From the NCBI GenBank assembly GCA_963817525.1, contig CAWFOU010000007.1, forward strand, positions 1,184,001-1,248,000: a stretch of DNA of 64,000 nt, in the 5' to 3' direction. The notes beneath the pieces were generated by a model. It saw only the letters and a program-made list of their open reading frames with translations, searched no databases and had not been told where the DNA came from. Shown piece after piece: positions 48,439-58,448 of this stretch. The position numbers and the translations under genes are program-made. Every line of letters begins with the position of its first letter. Positions within the stretch are counted from its first letter, which is position 1. The DNA is from an uncultured archaeon (lineage in GTDB: Archaea; Thermoproteota; Nitrososphaeria; Nitrososphaerales; Gagatemarchaeaceae).

Positions 48439-49122
48439 GTGCGACTAAGACCCCTGCTCATAGTCTATGCTTGTTTGGTCATTCTCTTGCTTGCTCCTGT
48501 GGCGGCTCGCGCCTACACCCTATCTTATGGCCCGCCGTTCAGCAGTACTGATTATTCTGCTTATCCTAACAATACCTGCACCACTGGACTGCTCGTAGGT
48601 GGAACATGGAAGGGCTGCACGAGCTTCAGTACATCGTCAGGTGCAGCGAGTCAGTATCTTACCGGTGGCGCTACATGCGGCGACACTTCGTGCGGAGGCA
48701 CGCCCGACATCTATGTCTATTTCGTCCCCACAATCACCTCAGACGTGCTTTGTTGCCAGCACGGGCACGTATATTTCGAAATGGAATATGAGTACGATGG
48801 CGCCCTATCAGGAAGCAATTCAGGGTCACAGGTCACCCTAGAGTACGGTTGGCAACAATGTGATAGCAGCGATTTTAACTGCACGAATTACAACACGCCG
48901 TGGGTGATATGGTCGACAACTAGTACCCTCTCGGAGTCTGGTACTACCGCGTGGGATTTGTACGTAAGTAGTCCCGTATCGGGGGATTACTACGGTTTCG
49001 GTGGTGGCGCCCAACCGGCGTTGTACATCGATCCTGGCCCTGACGGAACTGGGGGGGCGACAGTAGACTTTTACAATAGCCCCTACTACATGACCGCCAC
49101 CGACTTTGAGGCTGACACGTAA
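48439..49122 (+). CDS. Secreted Cys/Gly/Ser/Tyr-rich protein (module 2 'B')
   Basis: Signal peptide ending ARA|Y; starts 1 nt after the A stop; motif-level homology to 55780. Confidence 0.82.
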   Translation: MRLRPLLIVYACLVILLLAPVAARAYTLSYGPPFSSTDYSAYPNNTCTTGLLVGGTWKGCTSFSTSSGAASQYLTGGATCGDTSCGGTPDIYVYFVPTITSDVLCCQHGHVYFEMEYEYDGALSGSNSGSQVTLEYGWQQCDSSDFNCTNYNTPWVIWSTTSTLSESGTTAWDLYVSSPVSGDYYGFGGGAQPALYIDPGPDGTGGATVDFYNSPYYMTATDFEADT

Positions 49123-49177
49123 CTTCAGGGCGTTCTTCCGCCATATGTGAGATGCGCCACACTTGCGCGCTCCCCCT

Positions 49178-49816
49178 ATGAGCTATAGGACCGTTGGGCT
49201 CGTGGCATATGGGTTCCAGACAATAGTCGCGAGCGCGACATCAGTCATTCTAACTGCGGGTTTGGTCACTTCGGATGCGATCCTGGCTGGTACCCGTCCG
49301 TACGCTACCTTTTTCGACGTCGGGAATGACGTAGCACTGGGTCTCGTAGCCCTGACTTGGCTGGCAATGGGGATATACGAAAAAAAGAATACATTTTTCG
49401 CGGCTGGACTCGCTGCCCTTGCTTTGACAATCGGGGGTGAGCTGTTTCTTCGCCTCATCGGCGGCACAGCGTTACGTTGGGTGGATTTAGCGGTGTTCGT
49501 CGTAGCCTATACGGCAATAGTCTCTGCTTTCCTCTTTGCGGGAAGGCTATACCTAATTAGGTTCTTTGGCTATGCGGGCATCGCGACTCTCCTTACCTTG
49601 GTCTTAAACGGAATCTACGGAATGGCATCTATTGCCACTCTCGGGCCGCCCTATGTTTCAACGCAAGGCTCAAGCCCCCTGGGAACTCTGATAGTCCAGG
49701 CCTTCACAAACAATTGGGCTCTCCCCCTGACCCTCAACTTGTTACCAATCGCGGCGTCGCTCTTGGCACTCGCAGGGTTCAGTAAACTGCCAGATGCCCG
49801 CGCAAGCCATAGCTAA
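49178..49816 (+). CDS. Multi-pass membrane protein (module 2 'C')
   Basis: About six TM segments immediately downstream of B. Confidence 0.75.
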   Translation: MSYRTVGLVAYGFQTIVASATSVILTAGLVTSDAILAGTRPYATFFDVGNDVALGLVALTWLAMGIYEKKNTFFAAGLAALALTIGGELFLRLIGGTALRWVDLAVFVVAYTAIVSAFLFAGRLYLIRFFGYAGIATLLTLVLNGIYGMASIATLGPPYVSTQGSSPLGTLIVQAFTNNWALPLTLNLLPIAASLLALAGFSKLPDARASHS

Positions 49817-49974
49817 ATCACGATGAAGGCCTGATTGAGTCGCACTAAACTTTTGCCAGGACTTACATGCCTGAAGCATCGTCAGGCTGCCCGCGAGCTG
49901 ACGCCGGCTCCCTGTCGCCGGGCAACGTCCAATGCGTTGCTTCCCTGCGGAACGCGATCATCGATTTATGGGTT

Positions 49975-49997
49975 TGGGCCCCACGGGATTTGAACCC
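49975..49997 (-). repeat. tRNA 3'-half fragment (att-like)
   Basis: Reverse complement GGGTTCAAATCCCGTGGGGCCCA; overlaps palindrome GAACCC-TCAC-GGGTTC. Confidence 0.6.
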
Positions 49998-50050
49998 TCA
50001 CGGGTTCGGCAATTCGAGCCTGCATCGGCATCGCGTTCTTCAGTCGCCGG

Positions 50051-50965
50051 TCAGAGATGAAGTACCCGAAGGAGGGTCGCCCAATTGTCGAACGTCTGAT
50101 TCATGAATGCCAAGAGGTAGGGCTCAAGATATGGCGCAGCGGGAATCAAGAGCGACAAGGAGTTCCTGAGGAGCGGAAAGTTCTCTTCAACCGTTTTCCA
50201 GAGAGTCACTCTGTCGACCAGCTGGCCGGCAGGGATTTGCGCGATGTTCGAGACCTCTGTGACGAAATCTGCGCGATTCTGAGTTCCGAGAGCCCAGATC
50301 AGCCGAGTGACGCTGAACAGTCTTGGAGAAGCGAACAAGAGCGCCTCGAGACTGGCCCCTCTCTTGAATTTGAGGATGCTTCCTTCCGATGCGAGCAAGC
50401 GATTGAAGTAACCTATCGAGTCGTCCAGCCATGCCTTCCCCTTGAGTCCATTGTCGCTGAATTGCGAGAGGAGTGTTGCTCGCAGAAGATAAATGGGCTT
50501 TGGCGTCCAAAGGCCTAGCACGGTGCAGAGGAGAGTAAGCTCGATGAAGAAGAAGTAAATCAAGCCGGTGTAGATCCCTAGGCCGTCTAGCGGTCTCGAA
50601 AAGCCCGTCAAGAACCCCAAAACAAGCGTGTACCGGCTCGCGAAGGAAACTGCGATGACTACTAGGGCGGTTGCCTGAACGACCTTGACCGTCAATCGGA
50701 TAGATTTGAAATTCGAGATGAATTCAGAGGGGCGCGCGGTCGAAATCGCGGGGGCGTCATTGTTCAGTCTTCGGCGCGTCCTCAGACCCATCCATACGGG
50801 GATCATAATCGACGCGAGACCAGCGAACACTACCGCTTCTGGAATCCGAAGTATCGCGAGGGTGAGAAACGTGAGTAGTACAATAACGTCCGCTAGTGAA
50901 GCTGACAGGACGATTGAAATGGGTTCGGCGTGTCGCTTTATCCAGGACATCCTTCCACCCCTCAT
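50051..50965 (-). CDS. Hypothetical membrane protein
   Basis: Four to five TM segments; start uncertain. Confidence 0.7.
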   Translation of the reverse strand: MRGGRMSWIKRHAEPISIVLSASLADVIVLLTFLTLAILRIPEAVVFAGLASIMIPVWMGLRTRRRLNNDAPAISTARPSEFISNFKSIRLTVKVVQATALVVIAVSFASRYTLVLGFLTGFSRPLDGLGIYTGLIYFFFIELTLLCTVLGLWTPKPIYLLRATLLSQFSDNGLKGKAWLDDSIGYFNRLLASEGSILKFKRGASLEALLFASPRLFSVTRLIWALGTQNRADFVTEVSNIAQIPAGQLVDRVTLWKTVEENFPLLRNSLSLLIPAAPYLEPYLLAFMNQTFDNWATLLRVLHL

Positions 50966-51608
50966 CTGGTGCCGGCGAGTACTTAGCTTGGAAGACGAGA
51001 ATGAGCCGCGTTTCTCTAGCGAGTCAGATCCCCTGGTGGCCTTCTTAGGAAATATCTGGGCCGGGATTGCCGTGTGTTCAAACTCGTTGCCCCATTTCTG
51101 GACAACACTGGGCACGACGGTTGCGGGTGGAAATCTGACTTCGGGAGGAACCTAATAAGATAAACTACCCAAGTTACCACCACACGAACTTGCGAACCTC
51201 CCCAAGTGAAGCGGTCAGCCCCACCGCTCCTCAATTGGGCAGAGCCCTCCGAAGAGTGAAGTCTTTCCCCGTCTGCAATTGTCTGCTTGAGGGGCTCCCG
51301 CTCAGGGTTTCCTTGAGTTCTGTGCCAACCTTCTCCTCAGAAGAAATCCGGCGATTCTGTCCATTCTCAGGATCAGCCTCGCCACAGGATACGCGGCTCC
51401 TGCGGCCAACACCGAGAGCAGCGCCTCGCCAAACCACTTGAGGGAGAGGAGATTGTATGATCTATGTGAACCAAGAATTAGGCAAGGACGATGCCGTTTG
51501 CACCCAACTATCTTTCTCCAAGCCTTGTGGAAGTCGGGCGCAATCGCGAGTCAAGGGTTGCCCCTATGTCAGTCGATTGCCATCGATTACCATGCCCAAA
51601 TGTGCGCG

Positions 51609-52150
51609 CTACGATTTGGGAAAGCGAATTTTCAGTATGTTGCCCCTGACGTCTATTTGCAGCTTCCCGGCCGACAATGTTTCGTAAGCACCTGAGAGGT
51701 AGCTCTTCAGAAAAACAGACCATTTCTCACCATATTTATGGCGCAAAGTTAGTCGATCCGAGCCCTCGCCGCGGCGCCTTCAATCGTGAACCAATTCCCT
51801 GCTTCCGCAAGTATTTTTGTCAGGAACTGGATGAATGTAACTTGAATGCCAATGCTTTCGAAGAGTTCCCGAACCATTGTGTAGTTCTTTTTCCCCAAGG
51901 CGAATCCGTCGACTTCCAAGGAGTCTCGGTTCGCCGTACTCAGTAATGAGGCGAAGGTTTCCTCAGCTAGCTCTATCCCGTCAAATACGGGAACAAGAGG
52001 TTCAATCATCAACGCCCTCGTAAGGACCCGTGTTACGTACATGTTGTCGCTAATATGGAGCCGTCGGGCCGCGCGCTCAAGGCTGAGGATTAGGCTCGTT
52101 TCTAACCGGAATGCCTTGATTTTGGTATGGCTGCGTGTTACCATTTCCAT
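51609..52150 (-). pseudogene. Frameshifted hypothetical regulator-like gene (RHH-like N-terminus), paralog of 60708-61220
   Basis: 1-nt deletion near 51768; the downstream frame restores LTLRHKYGEKWS.FLKSYL.GAYE...GNILKIRFPK as in the paralog. Confidence 0.8.
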
Positions 52151-52203
52151 GAAGAAGCATGAATAATGTTGGTGCAACATCTATTTAGGGTTGTGCCTTA
52201 CGC

Positions 52204-53239
52204 AACTGTGTCGAATAACTAACTCCTCTGTCAAGCTTCTTTCATCCGCTCTCTCATGGGATTGAGAGAATCCAACTCTCTCATGCCCGAGAAGAAGAAG
52301 CGCAACTGGAAGGAGTACAACGAGTCGCTCGTGAGGAGGGGAGAGCTCCTCTTCGACACCGATTTTTTATCTGGATGGAGCAGAGAACTAGGGAAGCTCA
52401 ACGAGGGGAAGGAGGGCGCAAGATACCGCTATCCCGCCTCATTAATGAGTATGCTCGCGGCCATCCACGTGTACCTGCTCCCGTACCGGGAGCTGGAAGG
52501 GTTCCTCCGGATGTTCGCGGGGCACGTAGAAGGCCTCAAGGTCCCAGACTACACCACGATGTGGTGGAGGATATCGCGAGTAAAGATCGAGCTCGACCCG
52601 GACGTAGACCCAGAAAAGGACGTCACCATAGCGGTTGACTCCACTGGCATCAAGGTCTCGAACCGCGGGGAGTGGATACGGCAGAAGTGGGCGGTGAAGA
52701 GGGGGTTCATCAAGGCCCACCTCGCCGTCGATGTGAAGACGGGGAAGATACTCTCGATGGAGGTGACCAAGGAGGACGTCCCTGATGGGAGGATGCTCGT
52801 CCCTCTGGTGGAGGGGGCGTCGTCGAGCGCGAACGTCACGAGGGCGATGGGTGACGGCGCGTACGACTCGAGGGAGATCTTCAGGTACCTCGACCGCAAG
52901 GGGATAGAGCCCGTCATCAAGGTAAGGAAGAACGCCTCGATGCACGCGCACGGGTGCATGCCCAGGAAGCTCGTAGCGATGGAGCAGCTGAGAGACTACG
53001 AGAGATGGAAGACGAGGCGCGGGTACGGGAACAGGGCGAGGGTCGAGTCCGCGATATCGTCCTTCAAGAGGACGTTCGGGGAGCACATAACGTCCGTGAA
53101 GTGGAGCAGCATAGTGAACGAGCTGCTCCTCAAGGCGTCCGTCTACAACCTGTTCGTGGGGATGAACCCGTAGCGAGGACGCAGGCCAGAAAGACCTGGA
53201 GGCGAGAAATGGCGCATCGTCGGGTTATTCGACACGCCT
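52204..53239 (+). mobile_element. IS5-family insertion sequence
   Basis: Imperfect 16-bp TIRs (core GTGTCGAATAAC at 52208 / GTTATTCGACAC at 53224); 8-bp target duplication CCTTACGC at 52196 and 53240. Confidence 0.93.
52283..53173 (+). CDS. IS5-family DDE transposase
   Basis: NWKEYNESLVRRG, PDYTT, AVDSTG, GDGAYD, Y..R..VES. Confidence 0.96.
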   Translation: MPEKKKRNWKEYNESLVRRGELLFDTDFLSGWSRELGKLNEGKEGARYRYPASLMSMLAAIHVYLLPYRELEGFLRMFAGHVEGLKVPDYTTMWWRISRVKIELDPDVDPEKDVTIAVDSTGIKVSNRGEWIRQKWAVKRGFIKAHLAVDVKTGKILSMEVTKEDVPDGRMLVPLVEGASSSANVTRAMGDGAYDSREIFRYLDRKGIEPVIKVRKNASMHAHGCMPRKLVAMEQLRDYERWKTRRGYGNRARVESAISSFKRTFGEHITSVKWSSIVNELLLKASVYNLFVGMNP

Positions 53240-53399
53240 CCTTACGCGTGTTCTCTGATGAAGGGTACCGCGGATGCAAGTTTTTGGAGACCCCAGACAA
53301 CGGTCATTGACCTGTTTCAATGTCATTTAGAACAGCAAGACAACGACTGAGGCATTATATGGCGACCGCTTCCATACGCGCACAGGAAAGTGCGGCGCG

Positions 53400-54335
53400 A
53401 TGACAGACAGCCAGGACGACTCGTTCAACGCCTCCAAAGCCGAGGTCTTCGAGGCTCTTGGCCATCCTACGAGAATCAGGATCCTTCAGGAGTTGAGCGA
53501 GAAGCCGCTTGCGTTCTCTGAACTGAAGAGGGCGACTGGATTAGAGAGTAACGGCCTGCTCACTTTCCACCTTGGGAAGCTGAAGGACCTGGTCGAACTG
53601 AACGCCGAGGGCGCCTATGCCCTAACGGACGAGGGCGTAGAAGCGCTCCGAATCGTGGAAGCGAGCAAGGACAAGAGACAAGAGAAACCTCTTCAGCGGC
53701 CCTCTATTCGTATCCCGCACCCAAAAACCATCCTCGCGGGCTTGGTGATCGTCCTGATAATCCTCGCCACGGCATCCGCAATAGAATACAATCAGATTCA
53801 GGGACTGGATTCACGCATTCAAACTGGACTTAGCTTCGTGCTACCAGGAAATCCACCTGTGACCGTGACTGTTTCGCCCACTCATAGTGGGACCCAAAGC
53901 GCGTCTTCCCAAGGAAACCGTTCGCTATCAACCTACACGATTTCTCAAGGAGGAACCTTCTACAGCATAGCCATACAATCCCTTAACGAGTCAATTTCTG
54001 TGAGTCCGGGCGGCAGAGTTACTGCGGACTTCAACGTCAGCTCCCCGACCACTGGGACCTTCTACGTAGGCGTCGGAGAGAACGGTTCCGTTGACAGTCC
54101 AGGGATCATTAGCGAGGGGACAAAGATTGCGTTGCCACCGGGAATAACCGCAGCCGTTACTGGAGGAGACGTAATCAACGGAACCAGCCACGTTCTGATA
54201 CCCGTTGTGATCACGGCCTCTGACGCTGTAAACACTTCGTTCTCGCTTGAGCTTTTCGTCTATCAGCACCAGAATCAAGTACCAGGTGGATTCTCTGTAG
54301 CTCAATTGTCATTCAACGTCGAAGTAAGAGGGTGA
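53400..54335 (+). CDS. ArsR-type wHTH, TM helix and extracellular 'A' domain fusion (module 3)
   Basis: FEALGHPTRIRIL...FSELK...LTFHL.KL; one TM; C-terminal domain closely matches 55214-55774. Confidence 0.88.
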   Translation: MTDSQDDSFNASKAEVFEALGHPTRIRILQELSEKPLAFSELKRATGLESNGLLTFHLGKLKDLVELNAEGAYALTDEGVEALRIVEASKDKRQEKPLQRPSIRIPHPKTILAGLVIVLIILATASAIEYNQIQGLDSRIQTGLSFVLPGNPPVTVTVSPTHSGTQSASSQGNRSLSTYTISQGGTFYSIAIQSLNESISVSPGGRVTADFNVSSPTTGTFYVGVGENGSVDSPGIISEGTKIALPPGITAAVTGGDVINGTSHVLIPVVITASDAVNTSFSLELFVYQHQNQVPGGFSVAQLSFNVEVRG

Positions 54336-54342
54336 TACCGGT

Positions 54343-54522
54343 CTGACTCTATCTTGGAAACGACCCTATTCCTCGACTAATGCAAGTGGTAACGTCCAAA
54401 CCGCGGCCTCAGACATGAAGGGGACGCTGAAGGGTATTTCCTGCAAGAGTATTCAGGCACTGTTTGGCTGTGGGCCTGGCTTTTGGCAGTACATGTGGAT
54501 CAGTAACAACTCACAGGAATGA
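54343..54522 (+). pseudogene. Degenerate remnant of a 'B' gene
   Basis: Reads LTLSWK-RPYS..., compare MALSWK...PPYS of 55780; same position after the A stop; no signal peptide or valid start. Confidence 0.5.
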
Positions 54523-54713
54523 AAAATCCACGAATCTCTTTCGGCACGATGGAAGTTAGCCGACCATGAGTCAGGCTCCGTTTTTTTCCGATGGGGATGG
54601 GGGACTGTTCAGATGATGTTACGACGGCTGGTCCCCCGAGAGACGTTACGTCACCGTCACGCTCAGAACTAGTGTACCTCTTCGTCAAAGTCGAACCCCA
54701 ATAGTTCTCCTGT

Positions 54714-54920
54714 TTACTTTTTTCGTCGGGCGAATCGCTTCGGCCTTGTCCCGAATTTTATCAGAATGATTCCCAAGACTACGAGTAAGGCCGAGGGGAG
54801 ACTAGCTCCAAAGACTCCAGCGGAGCCGGCCAATCCGAAAGTGAATAGCTCGACTGTTGTGATGAGTACGCCAAAGAGAAGGAAGCACGCTCCAACAACG
54901 ACGAAGAAATTCAGCTTCAT
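54714..54920 (-). CDS. Small two-TM membrane protein (module 3 'C')
   Basis: 68 aa, two hydrophobic helices and a basic tail. Confidence 0.7.
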   Translation of the reverse strand: MKLNFFVVVGACFLLFGVLITTVELFTFGLAGSAGVFGASLPSALLVVLGIILIKFGTRPKRFARRKK

Positions 54921-55213
54921 AGCACAAGTTATGATTATTCAGGCTTAGAAGCATTTTGGATAATCATGTTCGACTTCGGTTTCTCCCCTTGACTCTAAAT
55001 CCAACGGCCTCGGCCGGGTCTTCGAGTTATGGATCACCTGCGGGCTAACAAACGTGCACGATTCTCTGTATGACAACATTCGTGTCGGCACCATGAGCTA
55101 GTCTGGTCAAAGGAGGCGCGCAGCGTCCACTTGAGATGCAATTGGAGTTAGCACTTGTATTACATCGTAAGCCACGGTATTAAATACGCCGACCTCCCCT
55201 AAAACTATTGTTC

Positions 55214-55774
55214 ATGAGAGACGCAGTTAAGCTGGGAGTTGCGGTCGCGCTCTTGAGCATCAGTTTGGTTTTGGGTATCGGCGCGATGGCGATTGCAAGC
55301 CCCCAGGTGGCTTCGACTTCAACGCACAGCGGAAGCCAAGGTGCGCCTTCACAAGAGAGTACGGTATCGACCTACACTATTTCGGAAGGAGGAACCTTCT
55401 ACACTGTTGCCATACAGCCCTTGAACAGTTCCGTTTCGATCCAGCCGGGTGGCCGAACCACAGTGTTTTTCCAAGTCAGCTCCCCAATCGGTGGAACTTT
55501 CTATGTCGGAGTTGGTCAGAACGGTAGCGTTGACACCCCTGGATTCATCTTGGACAATATTCCTGTTACCCTGCCCACAGGGGTCAGCGCGTCGGTGTTG
55601 AGCGGCGGCGTTGTCACTGGAACAAGTAGTACCCTGGTAGCAGTCGTAATCAGCGTCTCCCCCACTTCAAGTGCCTCCTCACTATCGCTCGAGTTGTTCG
55701 TCTTCCAGCATCAGATCCAGGGGCCTGGCGGTTATAGCGTTGCTCAATTGCCCTTCATTGTAGAGGTGGCCTGA
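55214..55774 (+). CDS. Secreted/anchored Ig-like protein (module 4 'A')
   Basis: TATTAAATA box upstream; signal/TM; clear homolog of the 53400 C-terminus and of 47877. Confidence 0.87.
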   Translation: MRDAVKLGVAVALLSISLVLGIGAMAIASPQVASTSTHSGSQGAPSQESTVSTYTISEGGTFYTVAIQPLNSSVSIQPGGRTTVFFQVSSPIGGTFYVGVGQNGSVDTPGFILDNIPVTLPTGVSASVLSGGVVTGTSSTLVAVVISVSPTSSASSLSLELFVFQHQIQGPGGYSVAQLPFIVEVA

Positions 55775-55779
55775 TTTCC

Positions 55780-56523
55780 ATGGCTCTCTCATGGAAAGGT
55801 TCGTCACTATCCTGGAAAGCATCCTTTGGAATCGCAGCCCTCTTTCTTTTCTTCGTTGTCTCCTTTATCGCGGCTCCCGTTGTAGCGAGCAGTTCCGACA
55901 CTCCTCCCTACAGCGGGATAATTACGTCCCAACCGACAAACGGCTATTGTGTGTATAACACATCCGGCTATTGGTGGGAATGCGTTAATGGCTCCACTTC
56001 CAACGGCGGGATCATAATTCTAGCAAATGCCAGTGCAGACAGCGGCCTCAGTTTCGCCTCTTCTGCCTACATACTTTTCCAGGGGCCAAGTGATACCACC
56101 TCTGGTGGATACCTAACGGTCGGGGAGGAATTGGCATTTGATGGAGCGGTCCAGGCGGGCAATACCGGACCCGGGGGTGGTGACGGAGACTTCTATTCTT
56201 ACCTTGCCTACCAGTGGGTTTACTGCGGAGTCCTTCCATGCGCCACCAATACAGTGACCCATACAGTTCTGATATGGGACGCTATTGTAGATGGGAGTGG
56301 AGTAATCACCTCCAGCGGGTGCGGTTCAAGCGGATGCTCATACTCTTGGTATACAAGCGTCCATAGTAGTTGGTTGAATACGTACTACACGGGTGCAGCC
56401 TCATACGTTAGCGCCTCGGCATACTCTTCCTGCCCCATCACTTGTGGCACAGCGTATGGCAGGGCGGATTTCTCGAATCACGGGTACTCGAACACCGTGA
56501 ACAAGATAAGTGTCTCACCATAA
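55780..56523 (+). CDS. Secreted Cys/Gly/Ser/Tyr-rich protein (module 4 'B')
   Basis: Signal peptide; GAGGTG RBS; paired Cys; homologous to 48439. Confidence 0.83.
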   Translation: MALSWKGSSLSWKASFGIAALFLFFVVSFIAAPVVASSSDTPPYSGIITSQPTNGYCVYNTSGYWWECVNGSTSNGGIIILANASADSGLSFASSAYILFQGPSDTTSGGYLTVGEELAFDGAVQAGNTGPGGGDGDFYSYLAYQWVYCGVLPCATNTVTHTVLIWDAIVDGSGVITSSGCGSSGCSYSWYTSVHSSWLNTYYTGAASYVSASAYSSCPITCGTAYGRADFSNHGYSNTVNKISVSP

Positions 56524-56715
56524 AAATTGGGAAGACAATCTCCGGGAGAATGACGGCTGCGGAGATTGACTAAAAGGAACTTGAAAGTTGGATATCCCAA
56601 GATTACGTATCGTAGCTGGGACGCGGCGCTTTCATCCATGGACGACTCGAAGGTCGGAAGGCGCGCGTTTTCGAGGAATCCGTACCCGAGGACTCGCGTA
56701 GTCGCAGTCAGCTCT

Positions 56716-57138
56716 TCATGAAATCCCAGCCTGTAGACGTAGCGATAGTAGAGCGCAGAAGTTATGACGACGCTCGGGGTCATTATCGCGGCCACCCAGC
56801 CGATTTGGTTCTCGACCAAAGTACTGGTAGAAATAATTGAAGAGGGACCCAAGGATGGCGGTGCTGAAGATCAACTCGACGAACGTGATTGCGTGCGCTA
56901 TCTCGTACTTCCTGCCGAAGCGGATGTTCACTCTGTTGAAGAGCTTTCGCGAAGCAAAGTCCGTGAGAAGGTAAGAGCAGACGGCGCTGAGGCCGTACGA
57001 CCAGAAGAAGTAGAAGCCTCTAAGATGGAGGAGCAGCAAAAGGGTCGCCAGCACCAGAAGATAGAGCGCGTAAAATACCGTGAGACCGATCAACATGCGC
57101 GTAGTCCAGCGCCTCACAACCGGTCCTCCGTCTTCCAA
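56716..57138 (-). CDS. Membrane protein (module 4 'C'), possibly frameshifted near 56820
   Basis: Three TM segments; a fourth TM-like segment (IGWVAAIMTPSVVITSALYYRY) continues in another frame. Confidence 0.65.
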   Translation of the reverse strand: MEDGGPVVRRWTTRMLIGLTVFYALYLLVLATLLLLLHLRGFYFFWSYGLSAVCSYLLTDFASRKLFNRVNIRFGRKYEIAHAITFVELIFSTAILGSLFNYFYQYFGREPNRLGGRDNDPERRHNFCALLSLRLQAGIS

Positions 57139-57596
57139 TTACCGCTCGCTTGGTTCTGGAGGCTTCTAATAACCGAGTCCTTGGGTGCGGAGAGCGGCCT
57201 TTTGCCTTCCGCGGAACGCTAATCACCCTTCATCCCGGTGGGGGCGCGTTGATTAGGCCAAACCAATGGTTTGTCGTTCTGATTATAGCGATTCCGTCGG
57301 CGGCACGGCCTCGGAGACTATCCTCTCACTTCGAGAGGTTCGTGTACTGTCTGGCGGCAGGGAAAGGAGCTAGCCGCTCGAGCACTCGCTGAGGCAATTC
57401 CTGCGCCGAATGCGATACCCGCGGTTGACGGCCGCGACGTACGTGATATCTCTTCGGTGTGTGCCGATCCTGCTTTCTTCAGTTTCGGATTCCTCGTCTG
57501 TCGACTCCGCCAACTCGGATTTGTCCTTCGAGCTCGCGAACCTTGTCGCCATGCTCCAGCATACGTTTATCAGTCTCTAGCGGTAAAACTTCCGTC

Positions 57597-57899
57597 ATGG
57601 AGTCGCAGAAAGAGCGGGATTCTGGGGCGATTGAGGTAGACGTTTTGTATGTACCTACATCCCGGTCGAAATCGTTCCCAATCGAGAAGAATGCGACGCT
57701 AGAACGGATGTTCGAGAAGGCTTACCATGAGTTGGGCGAACAGAAAAGGTCCGGTGACAAGTATTATTGCAAAAACGGGTTCGACTTATCTAACGAATTG
57801 AGTCATACGGTGGAGTCAGTGATAAAGGACCGCTGCAAAGGTTCGAAATTTGAGATACGGAATCAGACGGGCGGTGCGACGACGCATCGCCTCTCCTAG
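57597..57899 (+). CDS. Ubiquitin-like protein with GG motif and 7-aa C-terminal extension (BilA-like)
   Basis: Beta-grasp-sized ORF ending FEIRNQTGG|ATTHRLS; first gene of an E2-JAB-E1 operon. Confidence 0.8.
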   Translation: MESQKERDSGAIEVDVLYVPTSRSKSFPIEKNATLERMFEKAYHELGEQKRSGDKYYCKNGFDLSNELSHTVESVIKDRCKGSKFEIRNQTGGATTHRLS

Positions 57900-57923
57900 T
57901 GACTCTTCAATAGGGCAACTGGC

Positions 57924-58448
57924 GTGCTCCCTTCCAAGGTAAATACAGAGTTGGCGAAAGCCTATCTCAAGGCTGATTATGAAAATGTGTGTTCCCAGGG
58001 GCTGCCACAAAGATACGAGTGGAGCATATCGCCGCCATCCGACGATCTTGTCCTGCACGTCAAATTATGGTCAAGGGATGAGTCTGACTTGCCCCAGGAC
58101 GATTACTATCTCAGGATGACCTTCGAGTATTACAACTCCTGGCCGCCAGGCGTTACCTTTGTCAACCCCGAGACCGACAAGTTCGAGTCGAGCCGCGATA
58201 TGGAGTGGTTACCCAAAATCGCGGCCAAACCGCTCGGGACTGATTTCGGGTTCAATCCTTCGACCGCCCTTCAGGACGGCACGACCAGGCAACTTGTATG
58301 CAACTCCATGATTCTAGAATATTATCTGTCCAATCACACTCCCAACGACCAAGAAAAGTGGGATCCCAATCGACATAACTTCGGGACCACGTTAAGCACG
58401 ATTCAGCTCATCCTTAGGAAGCCGTACTACGGGGGAAGATCGTCATGA
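57924..58448 (+). CDS. E2-like conjugating protein (BilB-like)
   Basis: YYLRM.F.YY...PP.V.FVNP.T, candidate catalytic LVC, LEYY..H...W...R. Confidence 0.82.
   Translation: MLPSKVNTELAKAYLKADYENVCSQGLPQRYEWSISPPSDDLVLHVKLWSRDESDLPQDDYYLRMTFEYYNSWPPGVTFVNPETDKFESSRDMEWLPKIAAKPLGTDFGFNPSTALQDGTTRQLVCNSMILEYYLSNHTPNDQEKWDPNRHNFGTTLSTIQLILRKPYYGGRSS

Noticed and set aside
51300-51470. Minus-strand hydrophobic reading (LKWFGEALLSVLAAGAAYPVARL...)
   Set aside because: No clear start or homolog in the window; at most a gene remnant
57220-57257. Inverted repeat CTAATCA...TGATTAG upstream of the Bil-like operon
   Set aside because: Only 7 bp with a long spacer; compatible with chance
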